Assembly (NCBI GenBank): GCA_021789995.1
Contig: JAJYIQ010000003.1
Span: 7,767 to 71,766 of the forward strand
Source: a bacterium
Lineage (GTDB): Bacteria; Patescibacteriota; Microgenomatia; UBA1406; GWC2-37-13
Length of the DNA stretch: 64,000 bases
Direction: 5' to 3'
In this document: piece after piece, positions 27,761 through 35,887 of the stretch
Layout: the number at the start of each line of letters is the position of its first letter
How positions within the stretch are numbered: the first letter of the stretch is position 1
Program-made: the position numbers and the translations under genes
The notes under the pieces: generated by a model
Told to the model about the DNA's origin: nothing
Database searches by the model: none
What the model saw: the letters and a program-made list of their open reading frames with translations, nothing else

Positions 27761-28435
27761 TTAACTGCCAATTTTATAACCGAATCCGCGGACGGTATGA
27801 ATAAGCGGTTTTTTATTTTTAAAAGGGACGTCGACCTTATTGCGAAGATTACGAATATATACTTCCACCGTATTTGGAAGAATATCGGCGTCGTAATTCC
27901 AAACATGGGCGATAATCTGATCCTTGGTCAGAATTTTATTGGCATTGCGCATCAAATATTCAAGGAGCGAAAATTCCTTACTGGAAAGTTGAATCGCCTT
28001 TTTCGCCCGTTCAATCTGATAAGTTTTCGTATTAAGTTGCAAATCGTTAACGACCAAAGTATCGTCAAGTACGATTTTTGGCCGGCGGTTTAGCGCCCGG
28101 ACCCGAGCCAGCAATTCTTCAAAAGAAAAAGGCTTGGTCAAATAGTCATCGGCGCCCGCATCGAGACCCGCCACTTTATCCTGGATCTGACCTTTGGCCG
28201 TCAGCATAAGAATCGGCGTGTGAATTTTATTTTTACGTAGCTCTTTGCAGATCGTGATGCCGTCCATTTCCGGCAGCAGAAGATCAAGGATAATCAAATC
28301 ATAGTCTTCCGTTGATGCCAAATCAAAGCCGTCGGGACCGGCATAGGCGACATCGGTAGCGTAATTTTCCTGCTCCAACCCTTTTTTTATGGCATTGGCA
28401 ATCCGGTGCTCGTCCTCGACAATTAATATTCTCAT
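27761..28435 (-). CDS. OmpR family response regulator
   Basis: IVEDE, DLIILD, GADDYLTKPF, TVRGFGY. Confidence 0.95.
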   Translation of the reverse strand: MRILIVEDEHRIANAIKKGLEQENYATDVAYAGPDGFDLASTEDYDLIILDLLLPEMDGITICKELRKNKIHTPILMLTAKGQIQDKVAGLDAGADDYLTKPFSFEELLARVRALNRRPKIVLDDTLVVNDLQLNTKTYQIERAKKAIQLSSKEFSLLEYLMRNANKILTKDQIIAHVWNYDADILPNTVEVYIRNLRNKVDVPFKNKKPLIHTVRGFGYKIGS

Positions 28436-28438
28436 GTC

Positions 28439-29147
28439 TTAATTATAGCCTGGAAACTGAAATAAAGCTGAAATAAACATTAATCGCTTTTGTAAACCGT
28501 AACCGTCATTTTTCAGAAAATACCCGCCGAGAAAAATAGCAATCACCAACCCTAACCAAACCGGAAAGCGGTCGGGAAAAATGCTTAACTTGAAAAAATT
28601 CAGGATATCGTACAGTGTTTTGTCTTTAACCGCCACCCGGCCGGCCCCCAGTGTCTTTCCCGTGGCGAAATTCATGATTTTATAAGAAACCCAAAGGATC
28701 AAATCGCGGGTCATGACAAAATGTCTTTGTCCGTCAACCAGAAAAAACGGTAAGAGCATTAAGGCAAACACATGGAAAGTAACCATAAAACCGATGACCA
28801 AAAATACCGGCCAGATCTTATCGGTCCGGTTACGACTCAAACGGAATACCAGAAACAACAGAAGATAAGTCAAAGGCAAAATATAATTAAAAAAGTCGGG
28901 CATATGGTTTAACCACCAATAAGCAGGCGAGGTGGCCAATAAAACGGAAGAAATAATCGCCGTTTCCCGGTCGAAGATTTTTTTGATGACAAAATAGTTA
29001 TAGTAGGGAGTGGCGCTTAACGCAACCAGGAGTGACTGGTAACAATGCCGTTTAATAAATATTCATGATTGGTAAAAGCCGGATTATTTCTAGATAATGG
29101 CGGGCGGTTTCGGCCGTAAACGCATCGGTAATGAACGGTAGGCTCAT
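28439..29147 (-). pseudogene. Degraded GT-C (ArnT/PMT-like) glycosyltransferase gene
   Basis: ATG at 29147 gives ...LLNGIVTSHSWLR then an in-frame TAA. A different frame continues YFVIKKIFDRETAIISSVLLATSP. Much shorter than family members. Confidence 0.5.
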
Positions 29148-29148
29148 A

Positions 29149-29730
29149 TTAAAATGGCAAAGTCAGCGGCATATCGGTACCATCCGGTTCCTCTTCCAGA
29201 TATTTACTCCAATCCACTTTAATTGTCATTTTTCCTTTTTCGTTCAGGTAATTTATTTCCCGGTTTTTAACGCCATAGTCAAAAAGATTCTTGGTTAAAA
29301 GCACATCGTCCAGACAATATCTTTTCAGCTCTTCCCACTTGCCTTCTTTGTAGTAATCGATCGCCATCAGACCATGACCGGTTTTCTTTTTGCCCAAAGT
29401 GGCATAAATCAAATCGTTTAATGCTAACCGCCGGCCGATTTTTTCCCGGACATCCTCCAGAATGTCAAATGCCGAAAAATGCTCCACTTTTCCCGGATAG
29501 TAACCTTGCAAAACAGCAATATCAAAACTAATAACATTGTATCCAATAATATAGGATGAATTTTCCAGATACGGGAATAACTGGCCGATTTCTTTCTCGG
29601 TAAAAACTCTTTCCTGGTCATTACCGTAATCATAAATGGCGGCAACGGAAATGCCCAGTTTCTTCGGATCATTAAACTCACGGAAAGTATGTTTTGTTTC
29701 CAGATCCAGAATGAGCGGGAATTTTTTCAT
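29149..29730 (-). CDS. DEDD/RNase H-like 3'-5' exonuclease domain protein
   Basis: LDLET, IGYNVISFD, YCLDDV. Confidence 0.8.
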   Translation of the reverse strand: MKKFPLILDLETKHTFREFNDPKKLGISVAAIYDYGNDQERVFTEKEIGQLFPYLENSSYIIGYNVISFDIAVLQGYYPGKVEHFSAFDILEDVREKIGRRLALNDLIYATLGKKKTGHGLMAIDYYKEGKWEELKRYCLDDVLLTKNLFDYGVKNREINYLNEKGKMTIKVDWSKYLEEEPDGTDMPLTLPF

Positions 29731-29734
29731 GATG

Positions 29735-30109
29735 TCAGTTTATTCTTTTAAGCGATTGTTTTTCGCGGAAGATTTCCATTTCTAGAATCGGTGTCGAGTT
29801 GGTGGAAAGTTCCGTTTGGAACTGCTGATAAAACCCGTCAAATATCCGGACAAAAACGTTTTTGTCTTTGGCTGGTAAACGGATGTATTCTTTTTGGAAA
29901 AGCTCATCTAACTTTCCCAGACTCCAAATCGTTTCCAGCAATTTATTATTTTTGAGGTCAATCTGGGAAATATCGCCGGCCACCGGATGGATTTTAAACT
30001 CCATCATTCGTACTTCATCAAGCATTTGCGACAGCGGCGGTTTTTTATCGATAATTTTTTGAAAATCGTTGATAATTGCCAAAACGTCCCGGTTCTGCTT
30101 TTTTTTCAT
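29735..30109 (-). CDS. Hypothetical protein
   Basis: 124-aa ORF abutting the exonuclease gene. Confidence 0.65.
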   Translation of the reverse strand: MKKKQNRDVLAIINDFQKIIDKKPPLSQMLDEVRMMEFKIHPVAGDISQIDLKNNKLLETIWSLGKLDELFQKEYIRLPAKDKNVFVRIFDGFYQQFQTELSTNSTPILEMEIFREKQSLKRIN

Positions 30110-30125
30110 AGTGTATAATTATGAA

Positions 30126-30572
30126 ATGATCAAACAAAAATTACAAGATGAACAGATTGCAGCCTTGAAAGCGGGCGAAAAAGCCAGACTGGCTACATTA
30201 AGGTATATTTTAGCACAATTGAAAAATAAAGAAATCGAAAAAAATCTGCCGGCCGGTGAAGAACTGACCGATGATGAAGCAATCGCTGTCCTGAAAAAAA
30301 TTGTTAAAGAACTTAATGAATCGATTGATACTTTTACCAAAGCCAACCGGCCGGAACTGGCGGCGGAGTATCAAGCGCAATTGCATATAATTACCCCCTA
30401 TCTTCCCAAGGAAATTTCCGATGAAGAATTGACCAAAGAAGTCCAGCGGATCATTGAGGCCAATAAAAACCTGTCCAATCCGAAAGCGATTATCGGGATC
30501 TGTATGAAAGAGTTAAAATCAAAAGCCGACTCTTCACGCATTTTAAAAATATTAAACAAAATTTCCCCCTGA
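30126..30572 (+). CDS. GatB/YqeY domain protein
   Basis: ALKAGEK.RL.TLR, IKNKEI-like LKNKEIEK, YLPKEIS.EEL. Confidence 0.85.
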   Translation: MIKQKLQDEQIAALKAGEKARLATLRYILAQLKNKEIEKNLPAGEELTDDEAIAVLKKIVKELNESIDTFTKANRPELAAEYQAQLHIITPYLPKEISDEELTKEVQRIIEANKNLSNPKAIIGICMKELKSKADSSRILKILNKISP

Positions 30573-30614
30573 CTACTTGCTACTAACTACTTTTCTTAAT
30601 GTTATACTGGGGTT

Positions 30615-30956
30615 ATGAAGCTCTTGAAACAGGTTGTTGTTTTTTTTCTGCTGCTCTTTCTTTTATCCTCCCTCCTGCGCAACATTTTGAGCTACCACGA
30701 CAAAATCCGGTTTTACCAGGATTTCAAAAATAATTATGATCAGGAGAAAAAAGAAAATATTTCTTTGCAGACGGAGATTTTGAAGAAAAAAAGCTATAGC
30801 GAGCTGGAAAAAACCATCCGCGACAAATTAAATCTCCTTCAACCGGGGGAAATTGCCATCACTATCCCTACTCCGACCCCGGGTATTTCGACGATAACGC
30901 CGACTCCGGCCCCCAACTGGCAACAATGGTGGAATGTATTTTTTAACCATACATGA
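30615..30956 (+). CDS. Septum formation initiator (FtsB/DivIC-like)
   Basis: TM plus coiled coil, EKTIRDKLNLLQPGE, PNWQQWW. Confidence 0.75.
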   Translation: MKLLKQVVVFFLLLFLLSSLLRNILSYHDKIRFYQDFKNNYDQEKKENISLQTEILKKKSYSELEKTIRDKLNLLQPGEIAITIPTPTPGISTITPTPAPNWQQWWNVFFNHT

Positions 30957-31074
30957 AAAACAATTTTTTCCTGATCGTGACCGAGTTATTTAGCTTCGAC
31001 GATGGAACCACGACCGTGGTGACATCGTCATAGTAGAAAAATATGCTTCCTTTTAGTATAATTTCTTCATAAAT

Positions 31075-31147
31075 TACGGGGTAGTGTACGGTTGCACAGG
31101 AGGCTCATAATCTCCTAGACCAGGTTCAACTCCTGGCTCCGTAACCA
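31075..31147 (+). tRNA. tRNA with CAT anticodon (Met or Ile2 class)
   Basis: TACGGGG TA GTGT ACGGTT GCAC A GGAGG CT CAT AA TCTCC TAGA CCAGG TTCAACT CCTGG CTCCGTA A CCA. Confidence 0.9.
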
Positions 31148-31215
31148 TTCGATTCGTCACTCCGCTCCTCGCTCATGACTATATCCAATTGCGAGCCGGA
31201 TGATATAATAAAAGA

Positions 31216-32145
31216 ATGAACGACTTCCTGTTATCAATTATCATCCCCGTTTTCAACGAAGAAAAAAGCATCGCTCCTTTATTAGACCGGTTGCTGCTCA
31301 TTCTCAAACCTTACCGTTGGGAAATAATATTTATCAACGACGGCTCAAAAGACCAGACAACGGAAGAAATCAAAAAATGCGCCCAGAAAAATAAACAGAT
31401 TAAACTAATTTCCTTCCGGCGCAATTTCGGCCACCAGATGGCACTCACCGCCGGCTACCAATATGCTCAAGGTAATGGTGTCATCAGTATGGATGCCGAT
31501 TTGCAAGACCCGCCGGAAATAATTCCGACGATGGTCAATAAATGGCAAAAGGGGGCAAAAATCGTTTACGCCAAAAGACAAACCCGAGAAGTCGACAATT
31601 TTTTCAAAAAACAGACAGCCCAGTTTTTTTACCGGCTGATTAACTTTTTATCCGACACGCCGATTCCTTCCGACGTAGCCGACTATCGTCTGCTTGACCG
31701 GGAAGTCGTCGATTTTCTCAAACACCTGAAAGAACACGCCCGCTTCTTGCGGGGACTGGTCGCCTGGGGCAGTTATCCGACCGATTATGTTTTTTTTAAA
31801 CGGGAAAAGCGGGCGGCCGGGCAAACCCATTATCCGTTTTCTAAAATGCTTAATTTTGCCTTGGACGGGATTACTTCTTTTTCCATCAAACCATTACGGA
31901 TAGCCACTTATTTCGGCTTTACCGTTGCCACTTTGGGATTTGTCGGAATTATTTACACTCTTATTCGTAAATTCATTCATCCACAGGATTACGTCATCGG
32001 CTGGACCGGCCTTTTTGTCGGTATCATGTTTTTGGGAGGAATACAATTAATAACGATTGGCATTATCGGCGAATATGTCGGAAAAATCTATCAAGAAGTC
32101 CAAAACCGGCCGCAATTTTTGGTTAAAGAGAAAGTGAATTTATGA
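31216..32145 (+). CDS. GT2 polyprenol-phosphate glycosyltransferase (GtrB/YkoT-like)
   Basis: IIPVFNE, INDGSKD, RNFGHQ, MDADLQDPP, two C-terminal TMs. Confidence 0.9.
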   Translation: MNDFLLSIIIPVFNEEKSIAPLLDRLLLILKPYRWEIIFINDGSKDQTTEEIKKCAQKNKQIKLISFRRNFGHQMALTAGYQYAQGNGVISMDADLQDPPEIIPTMVNKWQKGAKIVYAKRQTREVDNFFKKQTAQFFYRLINFLSDTPIPSDVADYRLLDREVVDFLKHLKEHARFLRGLVAWGSYPTDYVFFKREKRAAGQTHYPFSKMLNFALDGITSFSIKPLRIATYFGFTVATLGFVGIIYTLIRKFIHPQDYVIGWTGLFVGIMFLGGIQLITIGIIGEYVGKIYQEVQNRPQFLVKEKVNL

Positions 32146-32294
32146 AAAATGTCGGTATTATCCTCATTGCCATCGGACTCGCTCTCTTTCTTTATGTCGG
32201 TTATTATTTTATTCGAGAAAGCAATAAAATTGCCTCACCAATTCCTGACGAAAAAGGGGTAAAGGTAATTCTCATTACACCCGGTTCTAAGTAA
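32142..32294 (+). CDS. Small single-pass membrane protein (50 aa)
   Basis: MKNVGIILIAIGLALFLYVGYYFIRESNKIASPIPDEKGVKVILITPGSK; ATGA overlap with the GT2 gene. Confidence 0.6.
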   Translation: MKNVGIILIAIGLALFLYVGYYFIRESNKIASPIPDEKGVKVILITPGSK

Positions 32295-32330
32295 CGTAAA
32301 TTATCCTGAGTGAAGTCGAAGAATCTACAA

Positions 32331-32657
32331 TCACGGTCCGGGAATTTCGAATTTGAAGAGCCGGCACGAAGATCCGATCCCGCCAAGAAAAAGAAAACAG
32401 ATCGTATTTAAAATCAGATAGGAACCCAAAAATAATAAAAACCCAATGATTGCCAGCCGGAATGTTCCCTGGGCTTTTTTTACTTTTTCCGGACTACCAA
32501 ATGACGTCAGATATTGGAATCCGCCGACAAGAAACATAATAAATAAAACCAAAACAAAGAAAGCGCCGGCCATAAAAAGAATATTGCCAAAAACGACTTC
32601 CAAGCATTTTAATGTCGGTACACCTTCTGAAGTAACGCAACTTCCCCAATTATTCAT
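32331..32657 (-). CDS. VirB2/TrbC-like pilin
   Basis: GGFQYLTSFGSPEKVKKAQ...AIIG between two TMs. Confidence 0.75.
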   Translation of the reverse strand: MNNWGSCVTSEGVPTLKCLEVVFGNILFMAGAFFVLVLFIMFLVGGFQYLTSFGSPEKVKKAQGTFRLAIIGFLLFLGSYLILNTICFLFLGGIGSSCRLFKFEIPGP

Positions 32658-32666
32658 GACAGAAAG

Positions 32667-33020
32667 TTATTTAACTAGTTTTTGAAATCTAATCGGTTTA
32701 GTAATACCTAAACCGGAGTCGGGCGGGAAAAAAAGCTGCTCAATCAAACCGACAATTGCCAAGACGGCAAAAATAAGAATAACACCGATAACGGCATTCA
32801 TGATCTTGTCACGGGCTTTATCGACGGCTTCCTTGTTGCCGCCGGAGGTAATCCAGGAAAAGGCGCCTAATAGAAGATAAAGCATGGCGATGAGGCCGGC
32901 AATAATGAAAAAAATACGGATGATAAACGTCAATACGTCACCAAACTGAGGGATGGCAAAACCGACATTAATAGGAGCAACGGTAACATCCTGAGCATGA
33001 ACAGTTAGAAAGCTTAACAT
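32667..33020 (-). CDS. VirB2/TrbC-like pilin
   Basis: GAFSWITSGGNKEAVDKARDKIMNAVIG; likely start MLSFLTVHAQ. Confidence 0.8.
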   Translation of the reverse strand: MLSFLTVHAQDVTVAPINVGFAIPQFGDVLTFIIRIFFIIAGLIAMLYLLLGAFSWITSGGNKEAVDKARDKIMNAVIGVILIFAVLAIVGLIEQLFFPPDSGLGITKPIRFQKLVK

Positions 33021-33290
33021 ATATATGTCAATGAGTATAGATAATAAATACAGCTGTGTCAAGCGGTTATCCCTACGGGCTGCTTAGCGGCTGAAATATT
33101 ATAGACTTAGTGATTCCCAAACCGATGCCAAAAAGCTGCTCAATCAAACCGACAATTGCCAAGACGGCAAAAATAAGAATAACACCGATAACGGCATTCA
33201 TGATCTTGTCACGGGCTTTATCGACGGCTTCCTTGTTGCCGCCGGAGGTAATCCAGGAAAAGGCGCCTAATAGAAGATAAAGCATGGCGA
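32730..33290. repeat. 161-nt exact direct repeat (32730-32890 and 33130-33290)
   Basis: Base-for-base identity across the pilin core with a 400-nt offset; flanks divergent. Confidence 0.9.
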
Positions 33291-33417
33291 CTAAACCAGC
33301 GACTGTAAAAAAAATTCTTATCACAAAGGTCAACATCATACCGAAATCGGGAATGGGAAAACCTGGATGAACTTGTGCGACGGTAACCTGAACTCCTTGC
33401 GCCAATAAGTGTTTCAT
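33073..33417 (-). CDS. VirB2/TrbC-like pilin
   Basis: Same core as the neighbouring pilin. Confidence 0.8.
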   Translation of the reverse strand: MKHLLAQGVQVTVAQVHPGFPIPDFGMMLTFVIRIFFTVAGLVAMLYLLLGAFSWITSGGNKEAVDKARDKIMNAVIGVILIFAVLAIVGLIEQLFGIGLGITKSIIFQPLSSP

Positions 33418-33459
33418 ATAAAAAAATAATAGTTAATTATTGTCGGCTTGTCAAGTAGG

Positions 33460-34983
33460 TTACCCCTCATCGTGCGTTCGAAATTGTAGAGCCTCGGCAA
33501 TATAAGGAAGCCGTATCTCTTCCGTATTATTAATATCGGCAATTGTCTGGGCAATTTTTATGGTTTTAAAATATGATCGGGCCGACAGGGAAAGTTTGAC
33601 AATCGCCTGTTTCAGCAAATCGGCCGCTTCCTTTTCCAACCGACAGAACTTTTTGATATCGGCGGTACTCATTTCGCCGTTTGTTTGAATACCTGCCTTT
33701 TTTAAACGTTGTTTTTGCCGTTCCCGGGCGGCCATTACTCGGGCCCGGACGGCGGCGCTTGATTCGGCGCTAAACTCGGCAGTCAGCTTTTCTTCATCGA
33801 CTGGTGGGACATCAACATGAAGATCGATTCGGTCAAGAAGCGGTCCAGACAACTTTTTCTTGTATTGCAAAATGCTTCCGGGCAGACACCGGCAATATCT
33901 TTTCGGGTGGCCCAAATAACCGCAGGGACAAGGATTGGACGCTGCCAGAAGCAGAAACCGGGAGGGAAAAGTCAGGCTGCCGGCGGCGCGGGAAATCGTA
34001 ACCATTCCATCCTCAAGCGGCTGGCGCAAGGCTTCGATCACCGACCGGGGAAATTCCGGTAGTTCATCCATAAATAATACTCCCCGGTGGGCCAAGGAAA
34101 TCTCCCCCGGCGCCGGACTGGTACCACCACCAATTAAACCGATACGCGAAGTCGTATGGTGCGGTGACCGGAACGGCCGTTTGGCGATAAAATATTGCTG
34201 CTGTAATAAACCGGCAATCGAATAAATTTTCGTCACTTCCACCATTTCTTTTTTTTCCATTGGTGGCAGGATCGACGGGAATGCCCGCGACAGAAGTGTT
34301 TTGCCGGCGCCGGGCGGCCCTTTGAGGTGGACATTGTGCATCCCGGCAGCAGCGATTTCGAGCGCCCACTTAGCCTGTTCTTGGCCGCGGATATCTTCAA
34401 AAACACTATCGAAAACGCCATCGGCAGCAAGCGCGGATAATTGTTTGACGGCTGCTTTCTCGAGCGTTTTTTGGTGGTTGAGAAACAGGATGAGATCAAT
34501 TAGGTTATGAATGGGATAAACATCTATGTTTTCGATCAGAGTCGCCTCGTCAGCGTTTTGAGCAGAAACAAATAAACGTTTTATCTTTTCCTTTTTCGCC
34601 AACAAGGCAATCGGCAATACACCGGTGACCCGCCGCAGTTTTCCTTCCAGTGATAATTCACCTAAGAATAGGCTGTCGGTAAGCATTTCCTTATCGACCA
34701 TGCCGGCGGCTGCCAATATACCGATGGCAATCGGCAAGTCAAAACCGCTGCCTTCTTTCGGAATATCGGCCGGCGCCAAGTTAATCGTCATCCGGGAGTC
34801 AGGCATGGCAAAATCCGCATTGACGATCGCCGTCCGAACTCTTTCTTTCGCTTCATCGATCGCTTTATTGGGCAAGCCGACAATCATAAACGTAGGAAAT
34901 CCCCGGTTGGCGACATCCACTTCCACCTCAATAAGTACCCCGTCCAAACCGATTGTCGCACCCGACAGTACTTTGGCTAACAT
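33460..34983 (-). CDS. comM: ComM/YifB Mg-chelatase-like AAA+ ATPase
   Basis: INLAPAD, GELSLEG, GPPGAGKT, PFRSPHH, GEISLAHRGVLFMDE, NPCPCG. Confidence 0.9.
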   Translation of the reverse strand: MLAKVLSGATIGLDGVLIEVEVDVANRGFPTFMIVGLPNKAIDEAKERVRTAIVNADFAMPDSRMTINLAPADIPKEGSGFDLPIAIGILAAAGMVDKEMLTDSLFLGELSLEGKLRRVTGVLPIALLAKKEKIKRLFVSAQNADEATLIENIDVYPIHNLIDLILFLNHQKTLEKAAVKQLSALAADGVFDSVFEDIRGQEQAKWALEIAAAGMHNVHLKGPPGAGKTLLSRAFPSILPPMEKKEMVEVTKIYSIAGLLQQQYFIAKRPFRSPHHTTSRIGLIGGGTSPAPGEISLAHRGVLFMDELPEFPRSVIEALRQPLEDGMVTISRAAGSLTFPSRFLLLAASNPCPCGYLGHPKRYCRCLPGSILQYKKKLSGPLLDRIDLHVDVPPVDEEKLTAEFSAESSAAVRARVMAARERQKQRLKKAGIQTNGEMSTADIKKFCRLEKEAADLLKQAIVKLSLSARSYFKTIKIAQTIADINNTEEIRLPYIAEALQFRTHDEG

Positions 34984-35060
34984 ACAATACCACCATAACA
35001 TGATTTAAGGAATTTGTCAGTCGCTTATATGCGACAAATAAAGGTGATAAAATATATAGT

Positions 35061-35567
35061 ATGCGACAAATCAGGAAAAAAGCTACGCTGATAAAAGTGG
35101 TCATTTTCAGTCTGGCATTTGCTTATCTGGAAGCGGCCGTCGTCATTTACCTGCGACAGCTTATTAGCGCCAGTCATCCGGAAATCGACCGTAGCGCTAT
35201 CCTTCTGCTTCTGCCGGGCATTGCCTTTCTGCAGCCGAAATCAGTCCTTGATATAATCAACAACAGCCAGCTATTACAGATTGAACTTATGCGCGAATCG
35301 GCTACCCTCATTATGCTGGCGATGATCGCCTCGATCGCCGGCAAAAAAATCGGCCGGAAAATCGCTTTTTTCTTTTTCAGCTTTGCTATCTGGGACCTTT
35401 TCTATTACGTTTTCCTTAAACTGGTCATCAACTGGCCCACTTCCTGGACGGATATCGATATTTTTTTTCTGCTGCCTGTCCCCTGGCTCGGCCCCGTCTT
35501 TGTACCGGTAATTATCTCCACCCTGCTTATTATCGGGACGTCGTGGTATTTGGTAAAAAGTGAGTGA
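35061..35567 (+). CDS. Hypothetical membrane protein
   Basis: LEAAVVIYLR, RESAT, WDLFYY, PVPW.GPV. Confidence 0.7.
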   Translation: MRQIRKKATLIKVVIFSLAFAYLEAAVVIYLRQLISASHPEIDRSAILLLLPGIAFLQPKSVLDIINNSQLLQIELMRESATLIMLAMIASIAGKKIGRKIAFFFFSFAIWDLFYYVFLKLVINWPTSWTDIDIFFLLPVPWLGPVFVPVIISTLLIIGTSWYLVKSE

Positions 35568-35568
35568 T

Positions 35569-35886
35569 CTATTTATTTTTCTTAGAAGATTCCTTCAGCT
35601 CCAGCCGTTTGAACCAGCTGCGGATATAGAGGACAGCAATGACGGCGTAGACGGCGATATCGATCCATGTTTCTTCGATTGATTCGTTGACCGGTTTTTG
35701 GTTGACGCTAATAATATGTTTTAATCGGTTCAGTTTATCGCTTACCCGGAAAGCGATCCCGAGCTCGCCGGTATCAAGAATATTCCCTTTACCGTAATCT
35801 TTATGTTTCTTGACAAATACGGCAAGCATTTCCTGACAAACCTGCATAAAAGCATCTTCTAGGGATTGCGGCTCTTTCATGAGCAA
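35569..35886 (-). CDS. DUF1599 / nucleotide-modification-associated domain protein
   Basis: KHKDYG, R.SDKLNRL, ESIEETWIDIAVYA. Confidence 0.7.
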   Translation of the reverse strand: MLMKEPQSLEDAFMQVCQEMLAVFVKKHKDYGKGNILDTGELGIAFRVSDKLNRLKHIISVNQKPVNESIEETWIDIAVYAVIAVLYIRSWFKRLELKESSKKNK

Positions 35887-35887
35887 A

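Noticed and set aside
32730..33290. Pilin repeat as a diversity-generating retroelement TR/VR pair
   Set aside because: The copies are identical with no adenine-specific differences, and no reverse transcriptase lies in the window.
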